Shown: positions 24,841-35,164 of the stretch, in pieces
Position numbering within the stretch: position 1 is the first letter of the stretch
How the letters are laid out: each line of letters opens with the position of its first letter
Assembly (NCBI RefSeq): GCF_001194135.2
Contig: NC_068984.1
Coordinates: forward strand, 40,428,921-40,464,084
Length of the DNA: 35,164 nt
Direction: 5' to 3'
DNA from: Octopus bimaculoides
Taxonomy: Eukaryota
Program-made: the position numbers and the translations under genes
Notes under the pieces: generated by a model
Seen by the model: the letters and a program-made list of their open reading frames with translations, nothing else
The model's database searches: none
Told to the model about the DNA's origin: nothing

Positions 24841-25124
24841 AATTTGGTAATTATCCATTTAAGTATTTCTGGCTGTAGTTTTCTTCAAATCATTGAATCA
24901 TAAATACTAGAAAATTATTTTTGCGTAACGAAGGATGCCAATTAACAATCAAATAATTCAATTTATTTGCAATATATTTCAATTAGGGTATATTTCAAAT
25001 ATATTAAAAAGTGACTATGAATCTGTTATATAAAAGGTATGAACATAATATATTGAATGGTGGTAAATTAAATTAAATAAAAAAGAAACTGTTTCATTTT
25101 AATACAAAGAATCATTGAATAATC

Positions 25125-25663
25125 GATGTGAAAATTGGTGGTGTTTGTTGTTCGATAGTTCCTCAATATTCGGTGTCAAACTTGATGTTAATAGCAAGAT
25201 ACTTTACAAATGGGATCCAGTCAATTTGGTTCTCAAATGATTCTTGTTATGATTTATTTCTGAAAATAATTGCTTAAACGTATAAGTACGATCAGAAAAT
25301 GATGCCGTCTTCTTTTTTGGCATGGATAACTAAGCATATTTCCCACTTGGATGAATATATTTTCTATATGTCATGCGTTGAAATATCTTTAGAATGATAT
25401 TTCGATCTCATTATGTCATCATACTGAATCGCAATCGATTCTATTTGATAATTTTCTAATGCAGTATCCATTTCCACATCAAATAGTTTAACAAACAGTT
25501 TGAACTAATTTGCAGGCAAGCGAAAATCAGTAAAACGAAATGAAATTTTTTTACCTAATTCTCGGACCATAGTCACAAAACTTGCTGCATTCTGTGCATT
25601 CGTAGAAAACTGGGGAAAGTTTGTGCAATTTCCTTTTTAAAACGTATTCCCACAGCTGCAATT
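25125..25663 (-). mobile_element. Decayed hAT transposase C-terminus (Charlie/SPIN, GTF2IRD2-like)
   Basis: Across frameshifts: LQLWE..GNCTNFP..RFTDFR..KLFDVEMDTALENYQIE..QYDDIMRSKY..AKKKTASFSDRTYTFKQLFSEINHNKNHLRTKLTGSHL*SILLLTSSLTPNIEELSNNKHHQFSH, the hATC dimerisation region. Confidence 0.8.
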
Positions 25664-25731
25664 GGAGTCGATGTAATCGACTTAACCCCACCCCCGGACT
25701 TGCTGGCTTTGTGCCAAATATTTGAAACCAA

Positions 25732-25786
<55 letters not shown>
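25664..25786 (+). mobile_element. 5'-truncated SINE family A 3' end with expanded (ATT)n tail
   Basis: GGAGTCGATGTAATCGACTTAACCCC..GGCTTTGTGCCAAATATTTGAAACCAAT followed by a long ATT run. Confidence 0.75.
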
Positions 25787-25788
<2 letters not shown>

Positions 25789-26400
25789 ACATAAACGTTG
25801 CAGTCAAATGTGCTGCACACAGTTCTTCCTAAAAAATAAAAAAATGATTTTTTTTACCTTGATTATTTGATAAAGAAAAAATTTTCTTGTTTTCACTTCG
25901 GAATATTAAGTTCAGAATGAGGTGGAGAATGGTATGGTTAGACATTGTTCTCTTCAACAGTGTGGTCCTGGCAAGCAGCCATTTGCATTCTTTCTTGTGC
26001 GTCAACATGACGACATAACAAATAGCAGGAAGAGGTACTTTCACAATGATCTCAGGGGTTTGAATAGCGAAAAAGATGAAGCACCTAAAAATGTTTCAAA
26101 ACTATAAACAGATTTTAGAATATAGCAGACGTTATGTCAATAGAGTAGCCAGACAAAGCAGTAGACATGGACAGTTAGTTAAGAGTTAATCATTTAAAAG
26201 GAACACACTAAAATATTGTTGAAAATGTTTGTCTAAAAGATAAAGAAAAAAACAGTATGAGTACTAATAAGAGCACCCTAAATAGTAACTCGTCTTGTGC
26301 TAGCGCTGAAGGCTACAGGGAGGCCCTGGATAGGAACCAGTTCACAAGAAAAAAGGAACGTGGACCAGGTATAAGACGAGAGAGAGATAGAGATAGATAA

Positions 26401-26479
<79 letters not shown>

Positions 26480-27167
26480 GACAGAGAAAGAAAAAGAGAG
26501 AACTTCTCTGAAGACGAAGGAAATTTCAGGGTTCACAAAAAAAACCAGAGTGCTCATGCTTGGATTTCTGAATTTAAGCAGTGTCCAAATGATCGGCCCT
26601 CTCACTCTTCAATTATATGTGGCATTCGTCTTAAGAATGACAGNNNNNNNNNNNNNNNNNNNNNNNNNNNNNNNNNNNNNNNNNNNNNNNNNNNNNNNNN
26701 NNNNNNNNNNNNNNNNNNNNNNNNNNNNNNNNNNNNNNNNNNNNNNNNNNNNNNNNNNNNNNNNNNNNNNNNNNNNNNNNNNNNNNNNNNNNNNNNNNNN
26801 NNNNNNNNNNNNNNNNNNNNNNNNNNNNNNNNNNNNNNNNNNNNNNNNNNNNNNNNNNNNNNNNNNNNNNNNNNNNNNNNNNNNNNNNNNNNNNNNNNNN
26901 NNNNNNNNNNNNNNNNNNNNNNNNNNNNNNNNNNNNNNNNNNNNNNNNNNNNNNNNNNNNNNNNNNNNNNNNNNNNNNNNNNNNNNNNNNNNNNNNNNNN
27001 NNNNNNNNNNNNNNNNNNNNNNNNNNNNNNNNNNNNNNNNNNNNNNNNNNNNNNNNNNNNNNNNNNNNNNNNNNNNNNNNNNNNNNNNNNNNNNNNNNNN
27101 NNNNNNNNNNNNNNNNNNNNNNNNNNNNNNNNNNNNNNNNNNNNNNNNNNNNNNNNNNNNNNNNNCG

Positions 27168-27208
<41 letters not shown>

Positions 27209-27233
27209 TTTATTATTGTTGTTGTTGTTGTTG

Positions 27234-27264
<31 letters not shown>

Positions 27265-27293
27265 CATCATCATCATCATCAGCATCATCATCA

Positions 27294-27343
<50 letters not shown>

Positions 27344-27345
27344 GT
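27168..27345. repeat. Compound (ATT)/(GTT)/(ATC) triplet microsatellite beside gap 26644-27165
   Basis: Directly visible; source of the poly-L and poly-I ORFs. Confidence 0.95.
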
Positions 27346-27804
27346 AGTCTTATTGTCATTACACGCTTTCACAGCATAATAGAGCTCAGCTTCATTATGT
27401 TATATCATGCCTTGGGTGTATGCAGTGTTTTACTTTGCTGTTGGGTTTCTCTATTGTATTACGCGCGAAATATGTGTGTATTACATAGTGGTGTTGTTTT
27501 ATGTATAATATATAGGTCCTGGTGTTTTGGTTGTATTATATTCGTCTACATTTTTCTATAATTCCCGAGGCATCTTTTATTATGGGAGTCATAATACGCA
27601 ACAGTTGATAGTTTTATGAGAATCTAATAACATAATGCGCTTAAATGTATCAAATGTATGCTTCAGTCATTGTTTATGAGTAACCTTCCGGCTCAATGTA
27701 CTATGACGTTATATTATCCTATAAGGAACATAATTCGGACAAGATTATAGAGCAGCAACAACCTAAATAATATATTTCTAAAAAATTAAATATAAAGATA
27801 CACG

Positions 27805-27950
27805 TATGACTGTGTGTTCTTAAGAATTTTTGTTCCACAATTACGAGGCTTTGAGTTCGATCTTAATGAGCGGTCATTTGGACGAGTGTCTTTCACTGTA
27901 GTCTCAGGCTAAACGATTCCTTGTAAGTGGAACTTAGTATGACCTAATCT
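27805..27950 (+). mobile_element. Degenerate family B SINE head
   Basis: TGTGTGTTCTTAAGAA..GAGTTCGATC..GTCATTTGGACGAGTGTCTTTCACTGTAGTCTCAGG..CCTTGTAAGTGGA, matching the head seen inverted at 21010-21157. Confidence 0.5.
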
Positions 27951-28250
27951 GTTGTCCACTTCAAACCCGGCTAGTCCTTGGGTGCCGTTAGTGGATCCCA
28001 GTCTGTTACTTGTATTCGGACCCGGGTTCCAGTCTGGGAATAATTGCCTGCCTTCTTCACACCAGTCTGAGAGGTTTTGTAAAAAAGGTCACGTGTACTA
28101 CTCTTCCTCGCCTAACTGAGCCTTTAAAACACAATACAGAAACTATGAAGAAGTATGCGTGCGTGCATGTTTATGTATGCATGCATGTATGCATGTGTGT
28201 GTATGTATATATATGACTATCTATCTATTATTCTGTCTCTCTCTGTCTCT

Positions 28251-28299
<49 letters not shown>

Positions 28300-28536
28300 N
28301 NNNNNNNNNNNNNNNNNNNNNNNNNNNNNNNNNNNNNNNNNNNNNNNNNNNNNNNNNNNNNNNNNNNNNNNNNNNNNNNNNNNNNNNNNNNNNNNNNNNN
28401 NNNNNNNNNNNNNNNNNNNNNNNNNNNNNNNNNNNNNNNNNNNNNNNNNNNNNNNNNNNNNNNNNNNNNNNNNNNNNNNNNNNNNNNNNNNNNNNNNNNN
28501 NNNNNNNNNNTATATATATATATATATATATATATA

Positions 28537-29510
28537 TCGTATTTCGGGACGGTCCATCTCTCTTTAGGGTCTTCTTCATAGTAGGGGGTCTGCCTCTTAT
28601 CGATCTAGTGGGGCAGAAACAACTAAGATCATGTTTAACTAAGTAGTCTTTGTCGCATGTCAGTCTCAGGAGGAGGCCTAGTTCTTCAGTGTCAACACTA
28701 CATCACTCCACATCGCTCTCGCTGATCACCGTCACACATTTCTCCACAGTAAAATCAACATCAATGGATGGATGTAGGGACACTACGGCCATACAGCCTA
28801 TTATGCACCCTGCTAGATCGTAGACATGGTTGCACTCATTGGTTCTGCAGAAGAGGTCCTCCGTGCTATCACACACATTTGGGGACATTTTTATCAGAGG
28901 CCGTATGATCATTGAGAGGAAGAAGGAGATCCGGTTGTTAGTTGTTGGCAATATTGGCTCCGCAGACCGGTCTCGTCGGTGGTCCTCTCACTCGGTCAGT
29001 GATCATCTTATAGTCCTTGCGCAGTCCATACAGCACCGGAATGTCGTTGTTAGTGCCTGGAAGTTGTTGGCCGTGCACTTCTTTGCCCCTAGGATGTTTT
29101 GATCACATCATCATATGAGCATTGAGGTTCTTCTCTCTCTCCTCATACTCCCGTATCGTCGTTTCTCTCATATTGGTGATGTGGTGTTGCATCGCCTGGG
29201 TTTAGTTCGGCAAGCTGTCTACCGACATCCTGCCGGATTTGTCCGAGGGGAGGTACGCAGCTTCTCTATTTCTTGTGCGCTGTATGAGCCCGCGCAGGCC
29301 ACCTGCGGACTTCTCATTGAGTTGCTGTGCTTCTCTACCACTCTGTCTACTAGTATATTGTTCTAAAATTTGTTCTAAAGTTTAGTACTGGCTATGGTGA
29401 AACGTGCTTCTATTTCGTCATTTGTCTGTTGAGGGATGCAAACTCTTTTGTTGAAGGGTAGGGTTGTCGGATAAATACAGCTCATATCGTATGATTTATC
29501 CCATGGATTG
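28537..29510 (-). mobile_element. Second, different Penelope-like element: N-terminal and RT fingers/palm fragment; decayed
   Basis: PTTLPFNKRVCIPQ..EIEARF; GLRGLIQRTRNREAAYLPSDKSGRMSV; IPVLYGLRKDYK..GPPTRPVCGA; NRISFFLSMIIRPLI; CDSTEDL; GCMAVVSLHPSID (cf. SMDVxxLYPSI). These are PLE RT hallmarks. Confidence 0.85.
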
Positions 29511-29934
29511 AAGAATAGAGCATGGAAAGGGTTGGTGTCATTTATACCCGTTGTACTACTATCTATCATACCATTTCTCTGGTTACCATCTCCTTGGTTG
29601 TGTCTGTCGTTGCTGTTATTGGTGGTGGTGTTTCCATGAGTATTGTAGTCAGTAATGTTTGTATTGGTTTGGAAGTTTACATAGTTGTTTCCATTATTGT
29701 TGCTGTAGTTGTTCGCAACCATATTATTACCGTTATTCTCATTGTTATAGTTGTTGTTGTTACTGTTATTACCATCCCCACCATTAATCTTATGGCTATT
29801 ATCTCTCTACACTGTACTGTTTTCTTCCTCTCGTCTTTGCTTCCTTCTTCCTCCTTCTCTAATTCCCTTTCTCCCCTCTCTCCTTCACCGTTTTCTATCT
29901 GTCTGTCAGTCTCTTTCTCTCCCTTCTTTCCATT

Positions 29935-29965
<31 letters not shown>

Positions 29966-30495
29966 GCTCACACGTGACCATTGTCCATCTTTCTTTTCCT
30001 CACGTGACCGTCTTTGTTTTCCTGCTCGAACCTTTAAACGACTGGACGTTTTTTTTCTTTCTTTCTTCTATCTTTTCTCTTTCCAAAATGATGTCTCTCC
30101 CAGCGTTCACTATTCTCCATTCGTTTCAGTCTAACGACCCATCATGTCTGTTTTCGTTCGGTTTCCTTATATGTCTCCTCTGTTATTTTTTGTTCCCAAC
30201 TTTGACCCTCCATAAATCTTTAATCTTATTTTAGAATCTATGGGAGCTACTGCCTTTGAAGACTCATGTTGTCGTTTGAATGTGCGAAATGAAGAGTAAA
30301 TAGACAGCCGACAACTGATGAAGGGTCCTTTTTCTGTGTTAACTTGTCCTGTTTTCCATTTTTCTCGTTGTTTACGTATTTCACTCGTTTTTGCCCTGTA
30401 ATTACTGTCCACGCCTTGCATCTATCTCCCGTGTGAATGTTATTTGCACCGTTGGTGACGTCCTGTACCCATATATGAATGTATATACATATACA

Positions 30496-30531
<36 letters not shown>

Positions 30532-30769
30532 TATATGTATGTATATATATATATATATATAGATACATATACATACATATATACATACATGCATATATAT
30601 ATATATATATATNNNNNNNNNNNNNNNNNNNNNNNNNNNNNNNNNNNNNNNNNNNNNNNNNNNNNNNNNNNNNNNNNNNNNNNNNNNNNNNNNNNNNNNN
30701 NNNNNNNNNNNNNNNNNNNNNNNNNNNNNNNNNNNNNNNNNNNNNNNNNNNNNNNNNNNNNNNNNNNNN

Positions 30770-30808
<39 letters not shown>

Positions 30809-30809
30809 G

Positions 30810-31045
30810 TATACCTATGTGTGCCTGTATCTTTGTGCCTGTGTTTTTTCTCCACCACCACTTGACAACCGGTGTTGGTGTGTTTACGTCCTGTAACTTA
30901 GCGGTTCGGTAAAAGAGCCTGATAGAATAAGTACCAGGCTTTACAAACAGATAATAAGTCCTGGGGTCGATTTGTTCGACTGAAATTCTTCAAAGCGGAA
31001 CTCCAGTATAGCCGCAGTCTAATGAAACAAATAAAAAGTCAAAGA
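30810..31045 (+). mobile_element. Family B SINE 3' half following a (TA)n tract and gap
   Basis: CACCACTTGACAACCGGTGTTGGTGTGTTTACGTCC.GTAACTTAGCGGTTCGG..AATAAGTCCTGGGGTCGATTTGTTCGACT..GCCGCAGTCTAATGAAACAAATAAAA. Confidence 0.85.
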
Positions 31046-31139
31046 TAAAAAAGATAGGTGTGCCCTTAAAGGCCAAATCAGCTTGACATAGTGTCCGACA
31101 AAACTGTAATCTTTTGAATTATAGTTAGAACTTACTCGA

Positions 31140-31280
31140 GAGGCTTCTATACAGTTTCTATTTACTCAATTTACTCTATTTACTCTATTTACTTATAAGG
31201 CGTGGGTCGTCCAGAGGCTAGAGAAAATGACATTTGCCCGAGATACAACGTAGAAAGGATCAAAACCGGTACCGTAGAAC
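31140..31280 (-). mobile_element. Degenerate family B SINE head
   Basis: TAAGGCGTGGGTCGTCCAGAGGCTAGAGAAAATGACATTTGCCCGAG resembles the inverted head/CORE segment. Confidence 0.45.
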
Positions 31281-31572
31281 CTAGATTTAATATTGATTCT
31301 TATTTTATGCTTTAAAATAAACGTTATGATTGGCCTCTGTGATAGGAGCAGGGCTGAGATTGCAGCAACGAAATCTCGAGTCCTATCTCATTGCTTGACG
31401 TCTTGGGCAAATACATTCTACCATGGTTTCAGTTTGTCTCTAGCCAGAGGAGTGAAATTGTATGAGCGGGAATTGTACACGAGCCAATTCCTACGGACTG
31501 TCTCTGTAACTGAAAGCATCAGCTTTATAACATACTGTGTTACGTCGATTCTGCTAGAGAATCCCTTCAGAG

Positions 31573-31620
31573 CAGCGGTTCTCAACCATTTTTCCCATGG
31601 ACCCTTTGAGTTATAGATTT
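31573..31620 (+). mobile_element. Solo hAT-type terminal inverted repeat
   Basis: CAGCGGTTCTCAACCATTTTT..ATGGACCC is a Charlie-like left end; no clear partner TIR found. Confidence 0.45.
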
Positions 31621-31736
31621 CGGGATTATTTTTATTTCAAACTCTCCTTCATCAGAAAATATCGTTACATGGAGCGAAGGGGAGAATATTGGGGAAATGA
31701 ATCCTCAGACCCAGTAAGATTTAAGACAACCAGCAG

Positions 31737-31740
31737 TACT

Positions 31741-31789
<49 letters not shown>

Positions 31790-31812
31790 GCCACTACTGC
31801 TGCTGCTGCTGC
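31737..31812. repeat. (ACT)n grading into (GCT)n microsatellite
   Basis: Directly visible. Confidence 0.95.
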
Positions 31813-32595
31813 AATTTCTTCTGCCTTTGCCAATGTTAATGAGGAGAGTCACGGTATTCGTGTTTACAATAACCAAATCTGCCGAGAAAGACCACTTTAA
31901 TAAGGTTTGGTACATAGCTTAGAGTAGGTGGCAAGAACATAAACTTCTCTTTTAGAGTGTCAGTTCTTCTGTAAAAATTTGTTAAGTAGTAAAGCAAATG
32001 CTCTTTGCTTCAATGCCAAATCTGAAGCTTGTACGGTATACGTCGATATCTGACTATATAATCTGTTTTCCATGGTTTTAATTTTAGTTGAAATATCCAT
32101 GTCTTACTAATTTGAAGCCTGTGCCGTGTTCACCGATAATATGACTATAATGCTTTTTCATGGGTTTTAATTTGAATCGAAATAAGCACCCACTTCTGAC
32201 AATGATGGAAATATCTTTATCTTTTATTCGTGTAGGTCTTTTTATTTTCATGTTAAATTTCGTCTTCTTTCGTGCAAGAATTTTTATTTCAAGTTGTATC
32301 TGGGTTTAGTGCTCCTCTCACAATTGCTGATGTTACTGTTAAAAATGAGAGCAAATACTTGAGACGATCTCTTTGTCACCTGCTTTATTGCCGGTTATTG
32401 TATGCTGTTTCATCGCTACAAATTTCCATATGACTAGGGGATCCACATGATTTCGCATTTTATTCATTTATTTATTTATTCATTTTTACTTTGATCTCAG
32501 CCGTTAATTTTTTTTTTCGCCCCCATAAATTCTCACAGCAGTTTGGTGTTTTCAATTGCTCTTTACAACTTAAATTGTTCAGAGTGGTTACAGTT

Positions 32596-32830
32596 GATCT
32601 GCTGCTGTCTGTCCGTATTGTGGCCCCTTTTCAATTGATTGTCGTTTATCCAATCAATCGCTCGTTCCATAACTAATAGTTCTACATCAAAAGATGTACA
32701 CTATCAGCCTGCTTTTGGTTTTACTACTTTCGAATTCTCTAGGGTTCTTCCATTCTCTTGTGATGACAATTCCCGACACACCCTCTCCACGTTCCCTCTC
32801 TCACACAAGAACTGTCCATAAATATTGAGT
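32596..32830 (-). mobile_element. RNase H domain relic of a non-LTR retrotransposon (Ingi/I-group-like)
   Basis: Across two frameshifts: IFMDSS..EGTW.G/GVSGIVITR/..KVVKPKAG**CTSFDVELLVMERAIDWI..NTDRQ, retaining the D..E..D pattern of RNase HI (cf. TDGS..GxGxV..AG..SSFxAE..A..W..TDSQ). Confidence 0.6.
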
Positions 32831-32894
32831 TATCGACTTTTCCCACACTATTCACCGAATCTCTGCTGCTGTTGTCAGTATTTTTAATAGCTCT

Positions 32895-34310
32895 GTTATT
32901 GTTGTTGTTGCTATTGTTATTGTTGTTATTATTGTCAATGTTTCAGTTAGTTACTTTTTTTTGTATTTTTTTATTTTTTAAAATTTTTTATTATTATTAT
33001 AGTTTCAGCTTAGAGCTGCGGCCATGCTGATGCACCGCCGTTGTTAGTTACTGTTGTTGATCTTGCTATTAACGGTTTTGTTATCGTTGATATTGTCTCT
33101 AAGATAGTGGTAGTAACAGAAGTAGTAGTTGTTGTTGCTGTAGTTGTTTCTGTAGAAGTAGTTGTTGTAGTAGTGTTGCAGTGGCTGTTGTAGTTGTTGC
33201 CGTTCATGATGGCTACCACCACTACCACCACTACTGTTAACATTTCTGTTGTGATTGATCTCGTGGTTGCTGACGTTGTTGTTATTGTTTTTGTTGTGTT
33301 TACTGTTGTTGTTGTTGGTGGTGGTGTTGCTTCTACTGCTGCAGTTACTGCTGCTACAACTGCTGCTGCTGTTCTTCTTCTTATCTCCCTTCACCACCAT
33401 CACCGTAGCTGCTGCTGCTGCTGCCCGTGCAGCTGGTGATGCTGTTGACGATGCAGCTGCTAGTATTATTGCTAATAGAAACTGGCGCAGCCACTACTTC
33501 TTCCTTCATACACAAGGACCCCCACCACCAAAAACAACAACAACAATTCGCCCCCTCCACTGTCACCATCACTATTATCATTGCCATTACAACCACTAGC
33601 CCCCTTAATACTAGTGCCACCACTACCACCACTGTCAATACCGCCTCGACCCGCCCCGCCCCCGATGCTCCATCAACACCAGCAACACCAGCAACAATGT
33701 GTTAACAACAACAGTTGTTAATGACAACAACATTGCCTTCAGCAGCAGCAGCAGCACCACCACNNNNNNNNNNNNNNNNNNNNNNNNNNNNNNNNNNNAC
33801 CACCACCACTACCACCACCACCACCACCACCACCGCCACCACCACCACTACCACCACAGCCAGCACCAGCGCCGACAACGCCGTCACCCACTTGGGCACA
33901 TATACCAATTATCCCCTCTCCCCTCATACACACACTGCCAACACTACCACCACCCACAACAGCAACAACAAGAACAACATCAAGAATAGCGTCGAGAACA
34001 GTGACAATGACACTACTACAACTACTACTGCTGCTACTGTTGCTAGCACTAACACCACCACCACCACTGGCTCCATAAATAGCTACAACCATGATGAACC
34101 ACCATAAAACCACCGCAAGCACAACGGTGACTGCCGCTGCCGCCACTACCACCATCACCACCAGACCCCCTACCGTCACCCCACCAACAACAAAAACAAT
34201 AACGACATCAGCAGCAGTAGTAACAGTAACAGAACACGAAAAACAACAAACAACAGTAGCAATAACAGCAGCAGCAGCAGCAGTAGAAGCAGCAGCAGAA
34301 GCTGCAATGT
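32895..34310. repeat. Long mosaic of degenerate triplet repeats (GTT/GTA/GGT/GCT, then ACC/ACT/AAC/GCA), with gap 33764-33798
   Basis: Directly visible low complexity; explains the cluster of homopolymeric ORFs. Confidence 0.9.
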
Positions 34311-34540
34311 CGGCAAGTTGGCAAGCATCACCACATTTCTTCCGACACTACAGCTGTTATGTTATTTATTACTTACGATCACAGAACCACAAACGTTGGC
34401 TTCGACACAACCACCTCACGGCACACACTACTATAACCCCCATCCCGAACGAGCGAAGAAGGGAACTTCGACGTGATAGCTCGACCTGCTAGAAGTAGCA
34501 ACTACATTTCCCTTAAGTCACACTACGATATCTTATCCTT

Positions 34541-34745
34541 TATCTTTTACTTCTTTCAGGCATTTGCCTACTTTGATAAATTCTAGGCGAATGAATCGAC
34601 CCCAGTACTTTTTTTTAAAAGCCTAATACTTATTTTATTGTCTCTTTGCTGAACTGCTAAGTTTCGGGGACGTAAACACACTAAATCTGTTGTCAAGTGG
34701 TGGTTGGGGAACGAATACAGATACAAAGACACACACACACACATA
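34541..34745 (-). mobile_element. Family B SINE 3' half running into a CA/TA microsatellite
   Basis: GAATGAATCGACCCCAGTAC..GCTGAACTGCTAAGTTTCGGGGACGTAAACACAC..GTTGTCAAGTGGTGG..ACAAAGACACAC. Confidence 0.85.
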
Positions 34746-34811
34746 GATATATACATATATACATACCTACACATACAAATATATATATTTTAATAATAAT
34801 GTTTACAAAGA

Positions 34812-35016
34812 AAGGCGGTGAGCTGGCAGAAACGTTAGTACGCCGGGCGAAATTCTTAACGGTATTTCGTCTGTCTTTATGGTCTGAGTTCAAATTCCGC
34901 CGAGGTCGACTTTGCCTTTCATCCTGTCTGGATCGATAAATAAAGCACCAGTTGCATACTCGAGTCGATCTAGCCCCTCCCCCAAAATTTCGGGCCTAGT
35001 GCCTAGATTTGAAACG
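34812..35016 (+). mobile_element. SINE family A, full length, perfect 17-bp TSD
   Basis: AATAATGTTTACAAAGA at 34795-34811 and 35017-35033; complete head, B-box, core and tail. Confidence 0.93.
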
Positions 35017-35164
35017 AATAATGTTTACAAAGAGTGACTCTGATTCGAGTTTCAAATAGATTTTTTGTAAACATTATTCATAAAATTAGAATTATCCCAA
35101 AACATCATCTCAACTCATTTTTTTTTCAAATATATAATACTGTACCAGGAACTTTCTTTTTCTT

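Larger units (their letters stand above)
568..33798. other. Eleven assembly gaps: 568-582, 6667-7401, 8941-9357, 17722-18530, 20225-20907, 21701-22016, 24442-24451, 26644-27165, 28300-28510, 30613-30769, 33764-33798
   Basis: N runs read directly; most abut simple repeats. Confidence 0.98.

Noticed and set aside
28600-28720. In-frame TGA in the Penelope RT (ESDVE*CSVD) as possible selenocysteine
   Set aside because: It is not at an evident conserved Cys position, and the element has many other stops and frameshifts, so ordinary decay explains it.
29522-30234. Hydrophobic ORFs 29522-29977, 29751-30134 and 29974-30234
   Set aside because: Derived from GTT/TC simple repeats and the antisense of the Penelope fragment.
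30315-30345. CTGATGA hammerhead-like core (also at ~5148, and on the minus strand near 24120 and 31650)
   Set aside because: No properly placed stem II plus GAAA and cleavage triplet; at best weak G-U stems.
6559-30912. Long ORFs in the track (e.g. 6559-7604, 8817-9463, 17637-18764, 20077-21117, 21641-22229, 26550-27372, 28155-28646, 30247-30912)
   Set aside because: They are open only because they run through N-gaps and dinucleotide or triplet repeats.
3421-35016. A-box/B-box sequences suggesting tRNA genes
   Set aside because: They are SINE heads followed by non-tRNA core and tail; no complete cloverleaf was recognised.

Overview
AT-rich, microsatellite-dense eukaryotic DNA with 11 N-gaps, most flanked by simple repeats, as in a short-read assembly. 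The SINE families resemble those of octopus/coleoid cephalopods (my recognition, not a database hit). I found no intact protein-coding gene, tRNA/rRNA gene or CRISPR array; almost all long ORFs in the track come from N-runs or simple repeats. The window is mostly decayed transposons: about 11 copies of a tRNA-derived SINE (family A), a CORE-like SINE with an internal microsatellite (family B), a third SINE (family C), two decayed hAT transposases, hAT and Tigger-like MITEs, a 5'-truncated R4/Dong-type RLE retrotransposon between (TATG)n tracts, two different Penelope-like elements, L1/Tx1-like ORF1 and ORF2 relics, an RNase H relic and a Helitron 3' end. The most notable structures are a 1.36-kb unit with ~145-bp inverted arms and a 5-bp flanking direct repeat that truncates a Penelope element and contains a Helitron end, a TSD-SINE-TSD-SINE-TSD tandem, and a shared ATTAT/AATAAT start to the SINE target duplications. 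I see no convincing new multi-gene system; the findings concern transposon behaviour.
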